Origin: Squalus acanthias
Taxonomy: Eukaryota
Reading direction: 5' to 3'
NCBI GenBank assembly: GCA_030390025.1
Contig: JASTWF010000034.1
Coordinates: 2,232,001-2,296,000, forward strand
Length of the DNA: 64,000 bases
Below, piece after piece: positions 35,065 through 48,742 of the stretch; position 1 is the first letter of the stretch, and each line of letters starts with the position of its first letter. A model generated the notes under the pieces. The model was not told where the DNA came from and searched no databases. It saw nothing but the letters and a program-made list of their open reading frames with translations. The translations under genes and the position numbers were made by a program.

Positions 35065-38000
35065 TACATAACGAACATACGAATTAGGAGCAGGAGTCGG
35101 CCATTCGGTCCCTCAAGCCTGTTCCGCCATTCAATAAGATCATGGCTGATCTGATTACTCCACATTCCCGTCCAACCCCCGATAACCTTTCACCCCCTTG
35201 CTTACCAAGAATCTATCTACGTCCGCCTTAAAAATATTCAAAGACTCTGCTTCCACCGCCCTCTGAGGAATAGAGTTCCAAAGACTCACGACCCTCTGAG
35301 AAAAAACATTCTCCTCATCTCTATCGAAAATAGGCGCTCCATTATCTTTAAACAGTGACCCCTCATTCTAGATTCTCCCACAAGAGGAAACATCCTCTCC
35401 GCATCCACCCTGTCAAGACCCCTCAGGATCTTATAGGTTTCAATCAAGTCACCTCTTACTCTTCTAAACTCCAGTGGATACAAGCCTAGCCTGCCCAACC
35501 TTTCCTCATAAGACAACCCGCCCATTCCAGGTATTAGTCTAGTAAACCTTCTCTGAACTGCTTCCAACGCATTTACATCCTTCCTTAGATAAGGAGACCA
35601 ATACTGTACTCAGTACTCCAGATGTGGTCTCACCAATGCCCTCTATAACTGAAGCATAAACTCCCTACTTTTGTATTCAATTCCCCTCGCAATAAACGTT
35701 AACATTCTATTAGCTGTCCTAATTACTCGCAGTACCTGCATACTAACCTTTTGTGATTCATGCACTAGGACACCCAGAACCCTCTGAATCTCAAAGCTCT
35801 GCAATCTCTCACTATTTAGATAATATGCTTATTTTTTATTTTTCCTGCCAAAATGCACAATTGCACATTTTCACAAATTATACTCTATTTGCCAGATCTT
35901 TGCCCAGTCACTTAACCTATTCAGATACCTTTCTAGCCACCATATGTCCTCTTCACAATTTACTTTCCTACCTATCTTTTTGTCATAAGCAAATTTAGCA
36001 ACCATACCTTCGGTCCCTTCATCCAAGACATTTATATAAATTGTAAAAAGTTGAGGCCCCAGCATTATCCCTGTGGCACACTACACATTACATTTGCTAA
36101 GCAGAAAATGACCCATTTATGCCTACACTCTGTTTCCGGTTAGCTAGCCAATCTTCTATCCATGCCAATATGTTACCCCCTACACCATGAGCTTTTATTT
36201 TCCGAAATAACCTTTGATGTGGCACCTTATCAAATGCCTTCTGGAATTCTAAGTACAGTACATCCACCGGTTCCCCTTTATCCACAGCACATGTTACTTC
36301 CTCAAAGAACTCCAATAAATTGGTTAAACATGATTTCCCTTTCACAAAACCATGCTGACTCTGCCTGATTACCTTGAACTTTTACAAGTGCCCTGCTATA
36401 ACGTCTTTAATAATAGTTTCTAGCATCTTCCCTAAGACAGGTGTTAAGCTAACTGGCCTGTAGTTTCCTGCTTTCTGTCTCCCTCCCTTTTTGAATAAAG
36501 GAGTTACAATCGCTATTTTCTAATCTAATGGAACCTTCCCCGAATCTAGGGAATTTTGGAAAATTAAAACCAACGCATCAACTATCTCACTAGCTACTTC
36601 TTTTAAGACCCTAGGATGAAGTCCATCAGGACTCGGGGACTTGTCAGCCCGCATCTCCAACAGTTTCCTCATTACTACTTCCCTGGTGATTGTAATTTTC
36701 CTGACTTCCTCCCTCCCTTCCATTTCCTGATTTACAGCTGTTTCTGGAATGTTACTTGTATCCTCTATAGTGAAGACCGATGCAAAATACCTGTTCAATT
36801 CAACTGCCATCTCCTTATTTTCCATTATTAATTCCCCAGACTCACTTTTTATAGCACCAACGCTCCCTTTGTGAACTCTTTTCTTTTTCGAATATCGATA
36901 GAAACTCTTACTATCTGTTTTTATATTTCTAGCTAGCTTTCTCTCGTACTCTAATTTTTCTCTCCTTATTAATCTTTTAGTAATTCGTTGCTGTTTGTTT
37001 ATATTCTGTCCAATCTTCTGACCTGCCACCCATCTTTGCACAATTATATGCTTTATCTTTAAGTTTGATACTATCTTTAACTTTTTTAGTTAACCACGGA
37101 TGGTGGGTCCTCCCCTTGGTATTTTCCTTTCTCGTTGGAATGGATCTATTCTGTGTATTCTGAAATATCCCATTAAATGTCTGCCACTGCAGCTCTATTG
37201 ACCTATCGCTTACTCTAGTTTGCCAGTTCACTTTAGCTAGCTCTGCTATCATGCCCTCATAATTGCCCTTATTTAAGTTAAAAAAACTAGTCTTGGACCA
37301 ACTCTTCTCTCCCTCAAACTGAATGTAACATTCAATCATATTATGATCGCTGCGACCTAGGGGCACCTTCACTATGTGGTCATTAATTAATCTTATCTTG
37401 TTTCACAATACCAGGTCTACTATAGCCTGCTCTCTGGTTGGCTCCAGAACGTGTTCTAAGAAACTGTCCCAAAAACATTCTATGAACTCCTCATCTAGGC
37501 AACCTTTGCCCATCTGATTTTTCCATCTATATGTAGATTAAAATCCCCCATGATTATTTCCGTACCTTTCTGACAAGCTCCCATTATTTCTTCCTTGATA
37601 CTCCATCCTAACGTGTGGTTACTGTTAGGGGGCCTGTACACCACTTCCACAAGTGACTTCTTGCCTTCATCATTTCTCATCTCTACCCAAACCGCTTCTG
37701 CATCCTGGTTTCCTGAACTTTAGTCATCCCTCTATTGCGCTAATACCATTATTAATTTACAGAGCCACCCCTCCACTTTTTCCTAAATATCATGTACCCT
37801 TCAATATTCAGGTCCCAATGTTTGTCATCCTGCAGCCATGTCTCTGTAATAGCTATCAGATTGTACTTATTTAATTCTATTTACGCCATCAGTTCATCTG
37901 TTTTGTTTCGAATGCTTCGTGCATTCAGATACAGAGCCTTTAGTTTTGTCCTTTTGTTATTTTTGTAACCTTTAGCCTTATCTGTTGATTTACTCTTAGA

Positions 38001-38312
38001 TTTGTACTCTCTATCCCTTCCCGTCTCGGTCTGCTTATCATTTCCCATGTTAATACCTTTCTCTCTTGTCTTGTTTCTACTCTTTGATTTACCACATCTT
38101 CCCAGATTTGATCCCTGGCCCCCAATATTTAGTTGAAAGCCCTCTCTACCGCCCTAGTTATATGACTCGCCAGAACACTGGTCCCAGCACGGTTCAGGTG
38201 AAGACCAACCCAACGGTACAGTTCCCACTTTCCCCAGTACTGGTGCTAGTGCCCCAGGAAGCGAAACCAATTTCTCCCATACCAGTCTTTGAGCTACGCA
38301 TTCATCTCTCTA
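35065..38312 (-). mobile_element. CR1 LINE, ORF1 end through ORF2 to 3' tail, decayed
   Basis: WGKWELYRWVGLHLN (ORF1 end) at ~38240; [42 protein letters not shown]. Confidence 0.92.
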
Positions 38313-38314
38313 AT

Positions 38315-40543
38315 TTGATGGAACAGGGTAGAGGGAGCTATACTTTGTATCTAAACCGTGCTGTATCTGCCCTGGGAGTGTTCGATAGGTCTTTGTAGAG
38401 GGAGCTTTACTCTGTACCTAACCCGTGCACTACCTGCCCTGCGAGTATTTAATGCTACAGTGATGAGGGAGCTTACTCTTTCAAAACAGTGCTGTACCTG
38501 CCCTGGGAGTGTTTGATGGGACGGTGTAGAGGGAGCTTTACTCTGTATCTAACCCTGTGCTGTACCTGCCATGGTACTGTTTGATGGGACAGTGCAGAGG
38601 GAGTTTTACGCTGTATCTAACCCGTGCTGTACCTGCCCTCGGAATATTTGAAGGATCTTTGTAGAGGAAGCTTTACTCTGTATGTAACCCGTGCTGTATC
38701 TTCCTGGGAATATTTGAAGGGACAGTGCAGAGGAAGCTTTACTTTGCATCAATCCCTGTGCTGTACCTGCCCTGAGAGTGTTCGATAAGTCTTTGTAGAG
38801 GGAGCTTTACTCTGTACCTAACCCGTGCACTACCTGCCCTGCGAGTATGTAATGCTACAGTGATGAGGGATTTTTACTCTTTCAAAACAGTGCTGTACCT
38901 GCCCTGGGAGTGTTTGATCGGACAGTGTAGATGCAGCTTTACTCTGTATCTAACCCGTGCTGTACCTGCCCTGGGAGTGTTTGATGTGACAGTGTAGAGG
39001 GAGCTTTACTCTGTATCTAACCCCGTGCTGTACCAGCCATGGGGCTTTTTGATGGGACAGTGTAGAGGGAGCTTTACTCTGTGTCTAACCGGTGCTGTAC
39101 CTGCCCTGGCAGTTTTTGATACGACAGTGTAAAGGGAGCTTTACTCTGTACCTAATCCATGCATTACTTGCCGAGAGTGTTTGAGGGGACAGTGTAGAGG
39201 GAGCTTTATTCGGTATCTAACACGGGCTGTACCTGCCTGAGAAAGTTTGATGCGACAGTTTAGAGGAAGCTTTACTCTGTATCTAACCCGTGCTGTACCT
39301 CCCCTGGGAGTGTTTGATGGGACAGTGTAGAGGGAGCTTTACTCTGTATCTAACCCGTGCTGCACCTGCCCTGGGAGTGTTTGATAGGACAGTGTCGAGG
39401 GAGCTTTACTCTGTATCTAACCCCGTGCACGACCTGCCCTGCGAGTGCTTGATGAGGCAGTGTAGAGGGAGCTTTACTCTGTACCTAACCCGTGCACGAC
39501 GTGCCCTGCGACTGTTTGATGGGGCAGTGTAGAGGGAGCTATACTCTGCATTTTACCTGTTCTGTACCTGCCCTGGGAGTGTTTCATGGGACAGTGCAGA
39601 GGGATCTTTACTCTGTAACTAACCTATGCACTAACTTCTCAGCGAGTGTTTGATGGGACAGTTTAGATGGTGCTTTATTCTATATCTAACCATTGCAGTA
39701 CCTGCCCTGGGAGTGTATGATGCGATTCTGCAGAGGGATCTTTACTCTGCATCTTACCTGTGCTGTACCAGTCCTGGGAGTGTTTGATGGGACAGTGTAT
39801 AGGTAGATTTACTCTGCATCTTACCTGTGCTGTACCTAAACTCTGAGTGTTTGATGGGAAAGTATAGAGGGAACTTTACTCTGTAACTAACCTGTGCTGC
39901 ACCTGCCCCGGGACTGTTTGTTGGGACAGTGTAGAGGGAGCTCTAATCTGTATCTAACCATTGTTGTGTCTGCCCTTGGTGTGTTTGATAGCACAATGTA
40001 TAGTGAGCTATACTCTGTATCTAACCCGTGCTGTTGCAGACCTGGGAGTGTTTGATGTGATAGTATATATGGAGCATTACTCAGTATCTAACCCGTGCTG
40101 TACCTGCCCTGGGAGTGTTTCATGGGGCAGTCTAGAGGGAGCTTTACTCTGTATTTAATCCATGCTGTACCTGACCTGGGAGTGTTTGATGCAAAAGTGT
40201 AGAGGCAGCTTTACTCTGCATCTTACCGTGCAGTACCTGGCCTGGGAGTGTTTGATGGGATTGTGCAGAGGGCTCTTTACTATGTATCTAATCCTTGCAG
40301 TACCTGCCCTGGGAGTGTTTGATGGGATTGTGCAGAGGGCTCTTTACTATGTATCTAATCCTTGCAGTACCTTCCCTGGGAGTGCTTGACGGCCAGTGTA
40401 TTGTGCGCTTTACTCTATATCTAACCCATGCTGTACCTCACCTGCGAGTGTTTGATGGGACCGTGCAGAGGGATCTTTACTAAGTATCTAACAAATGCTG
40501 TACCTGCACTGGGACTGTTTGATGGGACAGTGTAGTGGGAGCC
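38315..40543 (+). repeat. 67/68-bp minisatellite (ACCCGTGCTGTACCTGCCCTGGGAGTGTTTGATGGGACAGTGTAGAGGGAGCTTTACTCTGTATCTA)
   Basis: Tandem periodicity with divergent units. Confidence 0.95.
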
Positions 40544-40870
40544 TTATAATTCTTTATAACGTTAGAATCCTTAATAAACATTTACAAAAGGTGTATAACG
40601 GGTTATTAAGGATTATAATGATTTATAAAGGGTCATGTCCCTTTATAATATTTTGCATCACTTTGTACCCCATTCAAATCCCTTTATAATCCTTTGTCAA
40701 TCATTATAACACTTTATAAGCCTTTCTCGATCATTACCACCCTTTATATTCCTTAACAATTCATCATAACACTTTATATTCTAAAATCAACATTTATATA
40801 TCATTATAATACTTTATATTCATTTATAATAATTTATAACCCAGCATAATCCTTTATAACCCTTTATAAA
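40544..40870. repeat. AT-rich low-complexity tract of degenerate (CTTTATAAT)-like units
   Basis: Recurrent TTTATAA and ATTATAA words. Confidence 0.7.
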
Positions 40871-40879
40871 GCGTCAGGA

Positions 40880-41935
40880 TACAGCGTAGGGATAATGGGT
40901 AGGTACTCAAATTGGCAGGATGTGACTCGTGGTGTCCAGCAGGGCTGTGTTTTGGGGCCTCAGCTGTTCACAATAATTATTAATGACTTAAGTGATCTCA
41001 TAGAAAGACATATACCCAAATTTGCCGATGACACAAAGATAGGCAGCATTGTAGCAGTGCTGGTGAAACCATAAAATTACAAAGGGATATTGACAGATTA
41101 AGGGCATGGGCAAAACTATGGCAAATGGATTTCAATGTAAGCAAATGTGAGGTCATCCACTTTGGACCCTAAAAGGATAGAACAGGTTACTTTCTAAATG
41201 GTGAAAAGCTAAAAAGAGTGGATGTCCAAAGAGACTTGGGGGGTCCAGGTACATAGATCATTAAAATGTCATGGACAGGTACAGAAAATAATCAAAAAGG
41301 CTCATGGAAAGCTTGTCTTTATATCTAGAGGACTAGATTACAAGGGGTAGAAGTTATTCTGCAGCTATACAAAACCCTGGTTAGACCACACCTGGAGTAC
41401 TGTGAGCAGTTCTGGGCACCACACCTTAGGAAGGATATATTGGCCTTGGAGGGAGTGCAGCGCAGGTTTACCAGAATGATACCCAGACTTCAAGGGTTCA
41501 GTTACGAGGAGAGATTACACAAATTAGGGTACTATTCCCTAGAATGTAGAATGTTAAGGGGTGATCTGAGCGAAGTGTTCAGGATATTAAGGGGAACAGA
41601 TAGAGTTGATAGCGAGAAACTATTTCCATTGGTGGGGATACTAAGACTGGAGGCACAGTCTAAGAATTAGAGGCAGTCCTTTCAGGAGTGAAATTAGGAA
41701 ACACTTCGACACACAAAGTGGGAGAAATTTGGAACTCTCTTCCACAAACGGAAGTGGACGCTAGATAAATTGTTAATTTTAAATGGGAGATTTATTGCTT
41801 TTTGTTAACCAAAGCTATGAAGGGATAGGGGCCAAACGTGGGTTTATGGAGTTACATCGCAGATCAGTCAATGATCGCATTGAATGGGGCAACAGGCTCG
41901 AGGGGCTGAATGGCCGACTCCTCTTCCTACGTTCC
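40880..41935 (+). mobile_element. CR1 LINE 3' fragment
   Basis: FADDTK at ~41020; LEGVQRRFTRMIP; terminal hairpin near 41890-41930. Confidence 0.88.
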
Positions 41936-42029
41936 TCAGTGTAGGATCCGTTGACTTGTTAGCCCTCCCCAAATGCATTACCTCACACGACTCCGGATTG
42001 AATTCCATTTGCCACAATCTCCCTGCATG

Positions 42030-42400
42030 TAGCATGAGTTATACACAGAGTAAAGTACCCTTTACACTGCCCAATCAAATAATCCAAGGGAAGGTACAAC
42101 ACGGGTTAGATCGAGAGATACAGAGTAAAGCTCCCTTTACACTGCCCAATCAAACAGTCCAAGGGCAGGTACCCCACGGGTTAGATACAGAGTAAAGCTC
42201 CCTTTACACTGCCCAATCAAACAGTCCAAGGGCAGGTGCAGCACGGGTTGGATAGAGAGATACAGAGTAAAGCTCCCTTTACAATGCCCAATCAAACAGT
42301 CCAAGGGCACGAACAGCACGGGTTAGATAGAGAGATACAGACTAAACCTTCCTCTGCCCTGTCCACTCAAACACTCGCAGGGCAGGTACAGCGCGGGTGA
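42030..42400 (-). repeat. 67-bp minisatellite family, inverted orientation
   Basis: AGAGTAAAGCTCCCTTTACACTGCCCAATCAAACAGTCCAAGGGCAGGT units. Confidence 0.88.
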
Positions 42401-42652
42401 CATGCAAATCTCCCTCTAATACAGCATGTGCAGCGTACAGCTCCCTTGACACTACCCAATGAAGTACAGCCAGCTCGGGTACAGCATGGGATGAATACAG
42501 ATAAAGATCTCACTACATGCAAGTGTCAAACACTCCAGGGTGAGGTACGGGCAAGGTTTATCTCCGAGTTAAACTCCGCTCAACTTGCCACATCAAAGGC
42601 CGAGCCTGACGGCAGATGTTGAACAGCTCCCAGTATCTGGTTGGACTCTCAC

Positions 42653-43150
42653 CTCAGCAAAATCCTGGACTGATGGGATTCTCCGTAAAGTTCCTCACCT
42701 TTCCAATCATTGTTGAAGCTTCCCGTTTTATCCCGTCTCCGACACTGGGGGTCTGGATCCCACCAGATCTGCTCGGTTAAGGCAGCGACATTTCTCCAGT
42801 ACCAGTCAGTGAGGCGATGATTCGACTTCTCTCTCTCAACCTTCCTGAGATATTGCTCACTCCCAGAGACTGTCAATAGAAAAACGATTCATATTAATCC
42901 CAGAATACAGGGGGAGCATTTTTGTGACCATAAATATATTCAATTTGATTATTTTTGCAATTAATCACGGTGTTTGAATTACTTACTTTAATATTGAATA
43001 GTTCTTTTCTGTCCATTGCCCTGTTTATTGGGACTAAACTCACCCCCAGTGTCAGCTGTCACTCCAGCTCCTCCCACACCGACATCCCACTGATGGGCCG
43101 TAACCAGGGGCGGGGCCCTGTCTCCAGGTGACATCACACAGCAGCTAGGA
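42653..43150 (-). other. Putative promoter plus two 5' exons (copy B, diverged paralog of 34486-35005)
   Basis: GC box at 43107-43116; donor GTGAGT at 43043; acceptor before 42869; donor GTGAGA at 42652. Confidence 0.4.
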
Positions 43151-43499
43151 ACGATGTCACAAAGCGGCCGGAACCCCTCCCACTCGAGGTGTCACAGGTT
43201 CACATTGACCATGCTCTGCTCCTGGTGTGCAGTCTCACTGGGCATGAACACAGGGTGTACAATCAGCCCCGTCTCCGGGAATGAAATGGATCCTGCCCTA
43301 CATCTCTCCCGAGTTTTATTTCCATCGGTGTACAATGGGTGGCTGATTCACAATTACCCGGTTTGTAACTTAGCACCTACTAAACGACAAACTCTACCCC
43401 AGTATTTCTTTCCTTCTCTACGTATCTGCTCCCTCACTGTCTCTGCCTCTCTCTCTCTCTCTGCAGTGAGGGATACGTCTGGGGCTGGGATCATACTGT

Positions 43500-44605
43500 G
43501 CGGAAAGGATCAGAATACCAGTTAGCCTCTCTTCCCTCTCCCACATCGTTACCTCTGTTGTCCCCCAAGGATCTCTCCTTGGCCCCCTCCTATTTCTCAT
43601 CTACACGTTGCCACTTGGTGAAATCATCCAGAAACACAGTCAGTTCCCACATGTACGCTGACGACACCCAGCTCTACCTCACTACCTCTTCTCTCAACCC
43701 CTCCACGGTGTCTAAATTGTCAGACTGCTTGACCGACATGAGCAAAAGTTTCTCCAAGTAAATATTGGGAAGACCGAAGCCATTGTTTTCGGTCCCTGCC
43801 ACCAACACCGTTCCCTTGCCACAGACTCAATCCCTCTCTCTAACATCTGTCTGAGGCTGAATCACACTGTTCGCAACATTGGTGTCATATTTGACCCTGA
43901 ATTGAGCTTCCGACCACATATCCGCAGCATAACAAAGGCCGCCTACTTCCACCTCCGTAACATCACCCGTCTCCGCCCTTGCTCATCTCATCCGCTGCTG
44001 AAACCCTCATCCATGCCTTTGTTACTTCCAGACTTGACTATTCCAACGCACTCCTGGCTGGCCTCCCACATTCCACCCTATGTAAACTTGAGGTCATCCA
44101 AAACTCGGCTGCCCGTGTCCTAACTCGCACCAAGTCCCGTTCACCCATCTCCCCTGTGCTCGCTGACCTACACTGGCTCCCGGTTAAGCAGCACCTCGAT
44201 TTCAAAATTCTCATCCTTGTTTTCAAATCCTTCCATGGCCTCGCCCCTTCCTATCTCTAATCTCCTTCAGCCCCACAAACCCCCGAGATATCTGCGCTCC
44301 TCTAATTCTGCCCTCTTCAGCAACCCTGATTACAATCGCTCAACATTTGGTGGCCCTGCCTTCTGTTGCCTAGGCCCTAAGTTCTAGAATTCCCAGCCTA
44401 AACCTCTCCGCCTCGCTAACTGTCTTTCCTCCTTGAAGACGCTCATTAAAACTTTCAACTTTGACTAAGATTTTAGTCACCTGTCCGAATTTATCCTGAT
44501 GTGGCTCAATGTCAAAATTGTTTGTCTTAAAATACACCTGTGAAGCGACTAGGGACGTTTTACTACGTTAAAGGCGCTATTTAAATACAAGTTATTGTTG
44601 TTGCA
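43500..44605 (+). mobile_element. L2-clade LINE 3' fragment
   Basis: VPQGSLLGPLLF, HMYADDTQLYL, LIHAFVTSRLDYSNALL, LHWLPV; tail AAAGGCGCTATTTAAATACAAGTTATTGTTGTTG. Confidence 0.9.
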
Positions 44606-44727
44606 CATCTCTGGCTCTATAGAATCATAGAATGGATACAGTACAGAAGGAGGCCTTACGGCCCGTCGAGCCCGTGCCGGCTTTCTACAAGAGCACTTCA
44701 GCAAGTCCCACTTATCCAATCCCCTTT

Positions 44728-46430
44728 TGATATACTCCACACCCCTCACTGTAACACGGATATACTCCACACCCCTCACTGTAACACTGATATACCACAC
44801 ACCCCTCACTGTAACACTGATATACTCCACGCCCCTCACTGTAATACTGATATACCCCACACCCCTCACTGTAACACTGATATACTCCACACCCCTAACT
44901 GTAACACTGATATACCCCACACCCCTCACTGCAACACTGATATAACCCACACCCCTCACTGTAACACTGATATACACCACACCCCTCACTGTAACACTGA
45001 TATACCCCACACCCCTCACTGTAACACTGATATACCCCACACCCCTCACTGTAACACTGATATATCCCGCACCCCTCACTGTAACACTGATATACTCCGC
45101 ACCCCTAACTGTAACACTGATATATCCCATACCCCTCACTGTAAAACTGATATACCCCACACCCCTCACTGTAACAGATATATCCCACACCCCTCACTGT
45201 AACACTGATATACTCCACACCCCTAACTGTAACACTGAAATACCCCACATCCCTCACTGTAACACTGATACACCCCACACCCCTCACTGAAACACTGATA
45301 TACCCCACACCCCTCACTGTAACACTGATATACCCCACACCCCTCACTGTAATGCACTGATATACCCCACACCCCTCACTGTAATGCACTGATATACCCC
45401 ACACCCCTCACTGTAACACTGATATACCCCACACCACTCACTGTAACACTGATATACCCCACACCCCTCACTGTAACACTGATATATCCCACACGCCTCA
45501 CTGTAACACTGATATACCCCACACCCCTCACTGTAACACTGATATACGCCACACCCCACACTGTAAAACTGATATACCCCACACCCCTCACTATAACACT
45601 GATATACCCCACATCCCTCACTTTAACATTGATATACCCCACACCCCTCACTGTAACACTGATATATCCCACACGCCTCACTGTAACACTGATATAACCC
45701 ACACCACTCACTGTATTACTGATATACCCCACACACCTCACTGCAACACTGATATACCACTCACCCCTCACTAACACTGATATGCCCCACACCCCTCACT
45801 GTAACACAGCAGTACCCCACACCCCTCACTGTAACACTGATATACCCCACACCCCTCACTGTAACACTGATATACCCCACATCCCTCACTGTAACACTGA
45901 TATATCCCACACGCCTCACTGTAACACTGATATAACCCATACCACTCACTGTATTACTGATATACCCCACACCTCTCACTGTAACACAGCAGTACCCCAC
46001 ACCCCTCACTGTAACACTGATATACCCCACACCTCTCACTGTAACACTGATATACCCCACACCTCTCACTGTAACACTGATATACCCCGCACCCCACAAT
46101 GTAAAACTGATATACCCCACACTCCTCACTATAACACTGATATACCCCACATCCCTCACTGTAACATTGATATACCCCACATCCCTCACTGGAACACTGA
46201 TATATCCCACACGCCTCACTGTAACACTGATATAACCCACACCACTCACTGTATTACTGATATACCCCACACCCCTCACTATAACACAGCAGTACCCCAC
46301 ACCCCTCACTGTAACACTGATATACCCCACACCTCTCACTGTAACACAGATATACCTTATACCCCTCAATTTAACACTGTGATATACCTCACTATAACAC
46401 ACGGAAATACCCCACAGGCCTCACAGTAAC
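44728..46430 (-). repeat. 30-bp minisatellite (TGATATACCCCACACCCCTCACTGTAACAC), more than 50 units
   Basis: Reverse complement of the family at 24845-25720. Confidence 0.97.
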
Positions 46431-46439
46431 ACTATGCTT

Positions 46440-46866
46440 CAGTGGGGAGGCGAGCTGCTATTTTAGTGGGGAGGTGAGCTGCTGGTTTAGTGGGGAGGTG
46501 AGCTGCTGGTTTAGTGGGGAGGTGAGCTGCTGGTTTAGTGGGGAGGTGAGCTGCTGGTTTAGTGGGGAGGTGAGCTGCTGGTTTAGTGGGGAGGTGAGCT
46601 GCTGGTTTAGTGGGGAGGTGAGCTGCTGGTTTAGTGGGGAGGTGAGCTGCTGGTTTAGTGGGGAGGTGAGCTGCTGGTTTAGTGGGGAGGTGAGCTGCTG
46701 GTTTAGTGGGGAGGTGAGCTGCTGGTTTAGTGGGGAGGTGAGCTGCTGGTTTAGTGGGGAGGTGATCTGCTGGTTTAGTTGGCTGGTGAGCTGCTGGTTT
46801 AGTGGGGAGGTGAGCTGCTGGTTTAGTGGGGAGGTGAGCTGCTGGTTTAGTGGGGAGGTGAGCTGT
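46440..46866 (+). repeat. 24-bp highly homogeneous minisatellite (GGTTTAGTGGGGAGGTGAGCTGCT), about 18 units
   Basis: Near-perfect tandem units. Confidence 0.97.
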
Positions 46867-47223
46867 TATCATTCGTTGTTCTTGCCCATTGATCTCTATC
46901 AGTTTGTTCTTTACTCTCCCACACAGGAGTGTTAATTACCTGCTTCTGTAACCTTCAAACCCTCACAGCTTCCAATGTCCTTTACAAAAGGGACTGATTC
47001 TCTGCCCACACAGCCCAGCAGTCTTCCAGACACCCTGCTGGCATTAAATTCAATCTTCACACTCACCTATGCTCGGCAGCAGATGTGCGTCTTTCTGGAG
47101 TGTATTCTAACCTAACTTAATCCGTGGTTATTCTAGCTTAATATTGATATAATTCCATATGTCAACCAGTGTATTATATTTAATAATCTATACATACCAA
47201 TACTTACAAGAACTTTTAAAAGG

Positions 47224-47757
47224 TCAGCTTTCAGAGGGCATTCGCTTGCGCTTCAGTAGACTGGATGACCTTGTGAATCTCTCCACACACATGGAGTGGG
47301 TCAACAGTCTCTCCCCAGTGTGTCTGCGCCGATGAATTTGCATCTGAGACGGATAATTGAACCCCTTCTCACAGTCCCCACATTCCCACGGTTTCTCCAT
47401 GGTCCATCTGTCTCTCCAGGTTGGACGATCGTTTGAAGCCTCGTCCACACACATAACACGTGTACGGTTTCTCCCCGCTGTGAATGGTGTGAAGTTTTTT
47501 CAGGCTGTGTAGCTGGTTACAGCTCTTTCCACAGTCAGTGCACTGGAACACTCTCGCTCAAGTGTGAATGGGTCTCAGTGCTTTCCCAGTCGCATGATGT
47601 GTAAAATCCTTTCCCACACACAAGAACCCGAGAAAGATGTCTCCTTCCGCATTCAAAGGCCGATGATATTCAGGTCCTGATGAATCGAGTGACTCTCAGA
47701 TCTTGGCGTGATGTTTGTTTTGAGTTTCTTGTCTACAAATCCTCCCCTTCTAATACC
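47224..47757 (-). pseudogene. C2H2 zinc-finger gene terminal exon, frameshifted
   Basis: FQCTDCGKS..HSGEKPYTCYVCGRGF and KPWECGDCEKGF..HTGER in different frames; several Cys/His ligands lost; acceptor CTCCTTTTTCAG| before 47757. Confidence 0.85.
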
Positions 47758-47974
47758 CTGAAAAAGGAGATTACAAAAGTCATCACTAAGTGCAGGACAT
47801 AAATTCAGAACAGACAATTCTACTTTCTATGGAACAATCTTTCCTCTCTTGTTTCCCCCAAAAGCTGTAAATTCCTGTCCCACACAGTCTCCCTCTCCCT
47901 GTGCTGAAATCCCTACCCATTGCACCATATTTTTGCCCCAACCCACTCTCTCCCTCCCTCTGCTCTCCAGCCCC

Positions 47975-48480
47975 TGTGTGCGAGGAGTGTGATGGAATAC
48001 TCTCCACTTGCCTGGATGAGTACAGCTCCAACAACACTCAAGAAGCTCGACGCCATCCAGGACGAATCAGCCCGCTTGATTGACACCCCATCCACCACAT
48101 GAAACATTCACTCCCTCCACCACCGGCGTACCGTGGCTGCAGTGTGTACCATCTACAAGATGCACTGGAGCAACTCGCCAGGTCGTGATCGGTAGCAACT
48201 CCCAAACCCGCGAACTCTTCTACACAGAAGATCAAGGACAGCAGGCTCATGGGAACACCACCACCTCCAGGTTCCCCTCCAAGTCACACACCATCCTGAC
48301 TTAGAAGTATATCGTCAATCCTTCATCATCGCTGGGTCAAAATCCAGGAACTCCCTATCTAACAGCAAAGTGGGAGTACCATCACCACACGGACTGCAGC
48401 GGTTTAAGAAGGCAGCTCACCACCACCTTCTCAAGGGCAATTAGGGATGGGTAATAAATTCTGGCCTTGCCAGCGACTCC
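47975..48480 (+). mobile_element. LINE 3'-end fragment ending at the duplication junction
   Basis: RSVMEYSPLAWMSTAPTTLKKLDAIQ; same 3' end as 15633-15982. Confidence 0.8.
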
Positions 48481-48742
48481 CACAAAGATGGCGGCACCGG
48501 GGCGCAGCACAAAGATGGCGGCTCCGCGGCCCCGCACAAAGATGGCGGTTCCGGGGCCCCGCAAAAAGATGGCGGATCCGGGGCCCTGTATAAATATGGC
48601 GGCTCCGGGGCCCAGCACAAAGATGGCGGCTCTGGGTCCCCGCCCAAAAATGGCGGCTCCGAGACCCAGCACAAAGATGGCGGCTCTGTTGCCCGGCATA
48701 AAGATGGTGGCACTGGGGCCCCGGACAAAGATGACGGCTCTT
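48481..48742 (+). repeat. 27-bp YY1-motif repeat, copy 2
   Basis: Matches 24138-24399. Confidence 0.92.

Noticed and set aside
44549..46935. Repetitive ORFs (VRGVGYISVT, HLPTKPAA)
   Set aside because: Translations of the 30-bp and 24-bp minisatellites.
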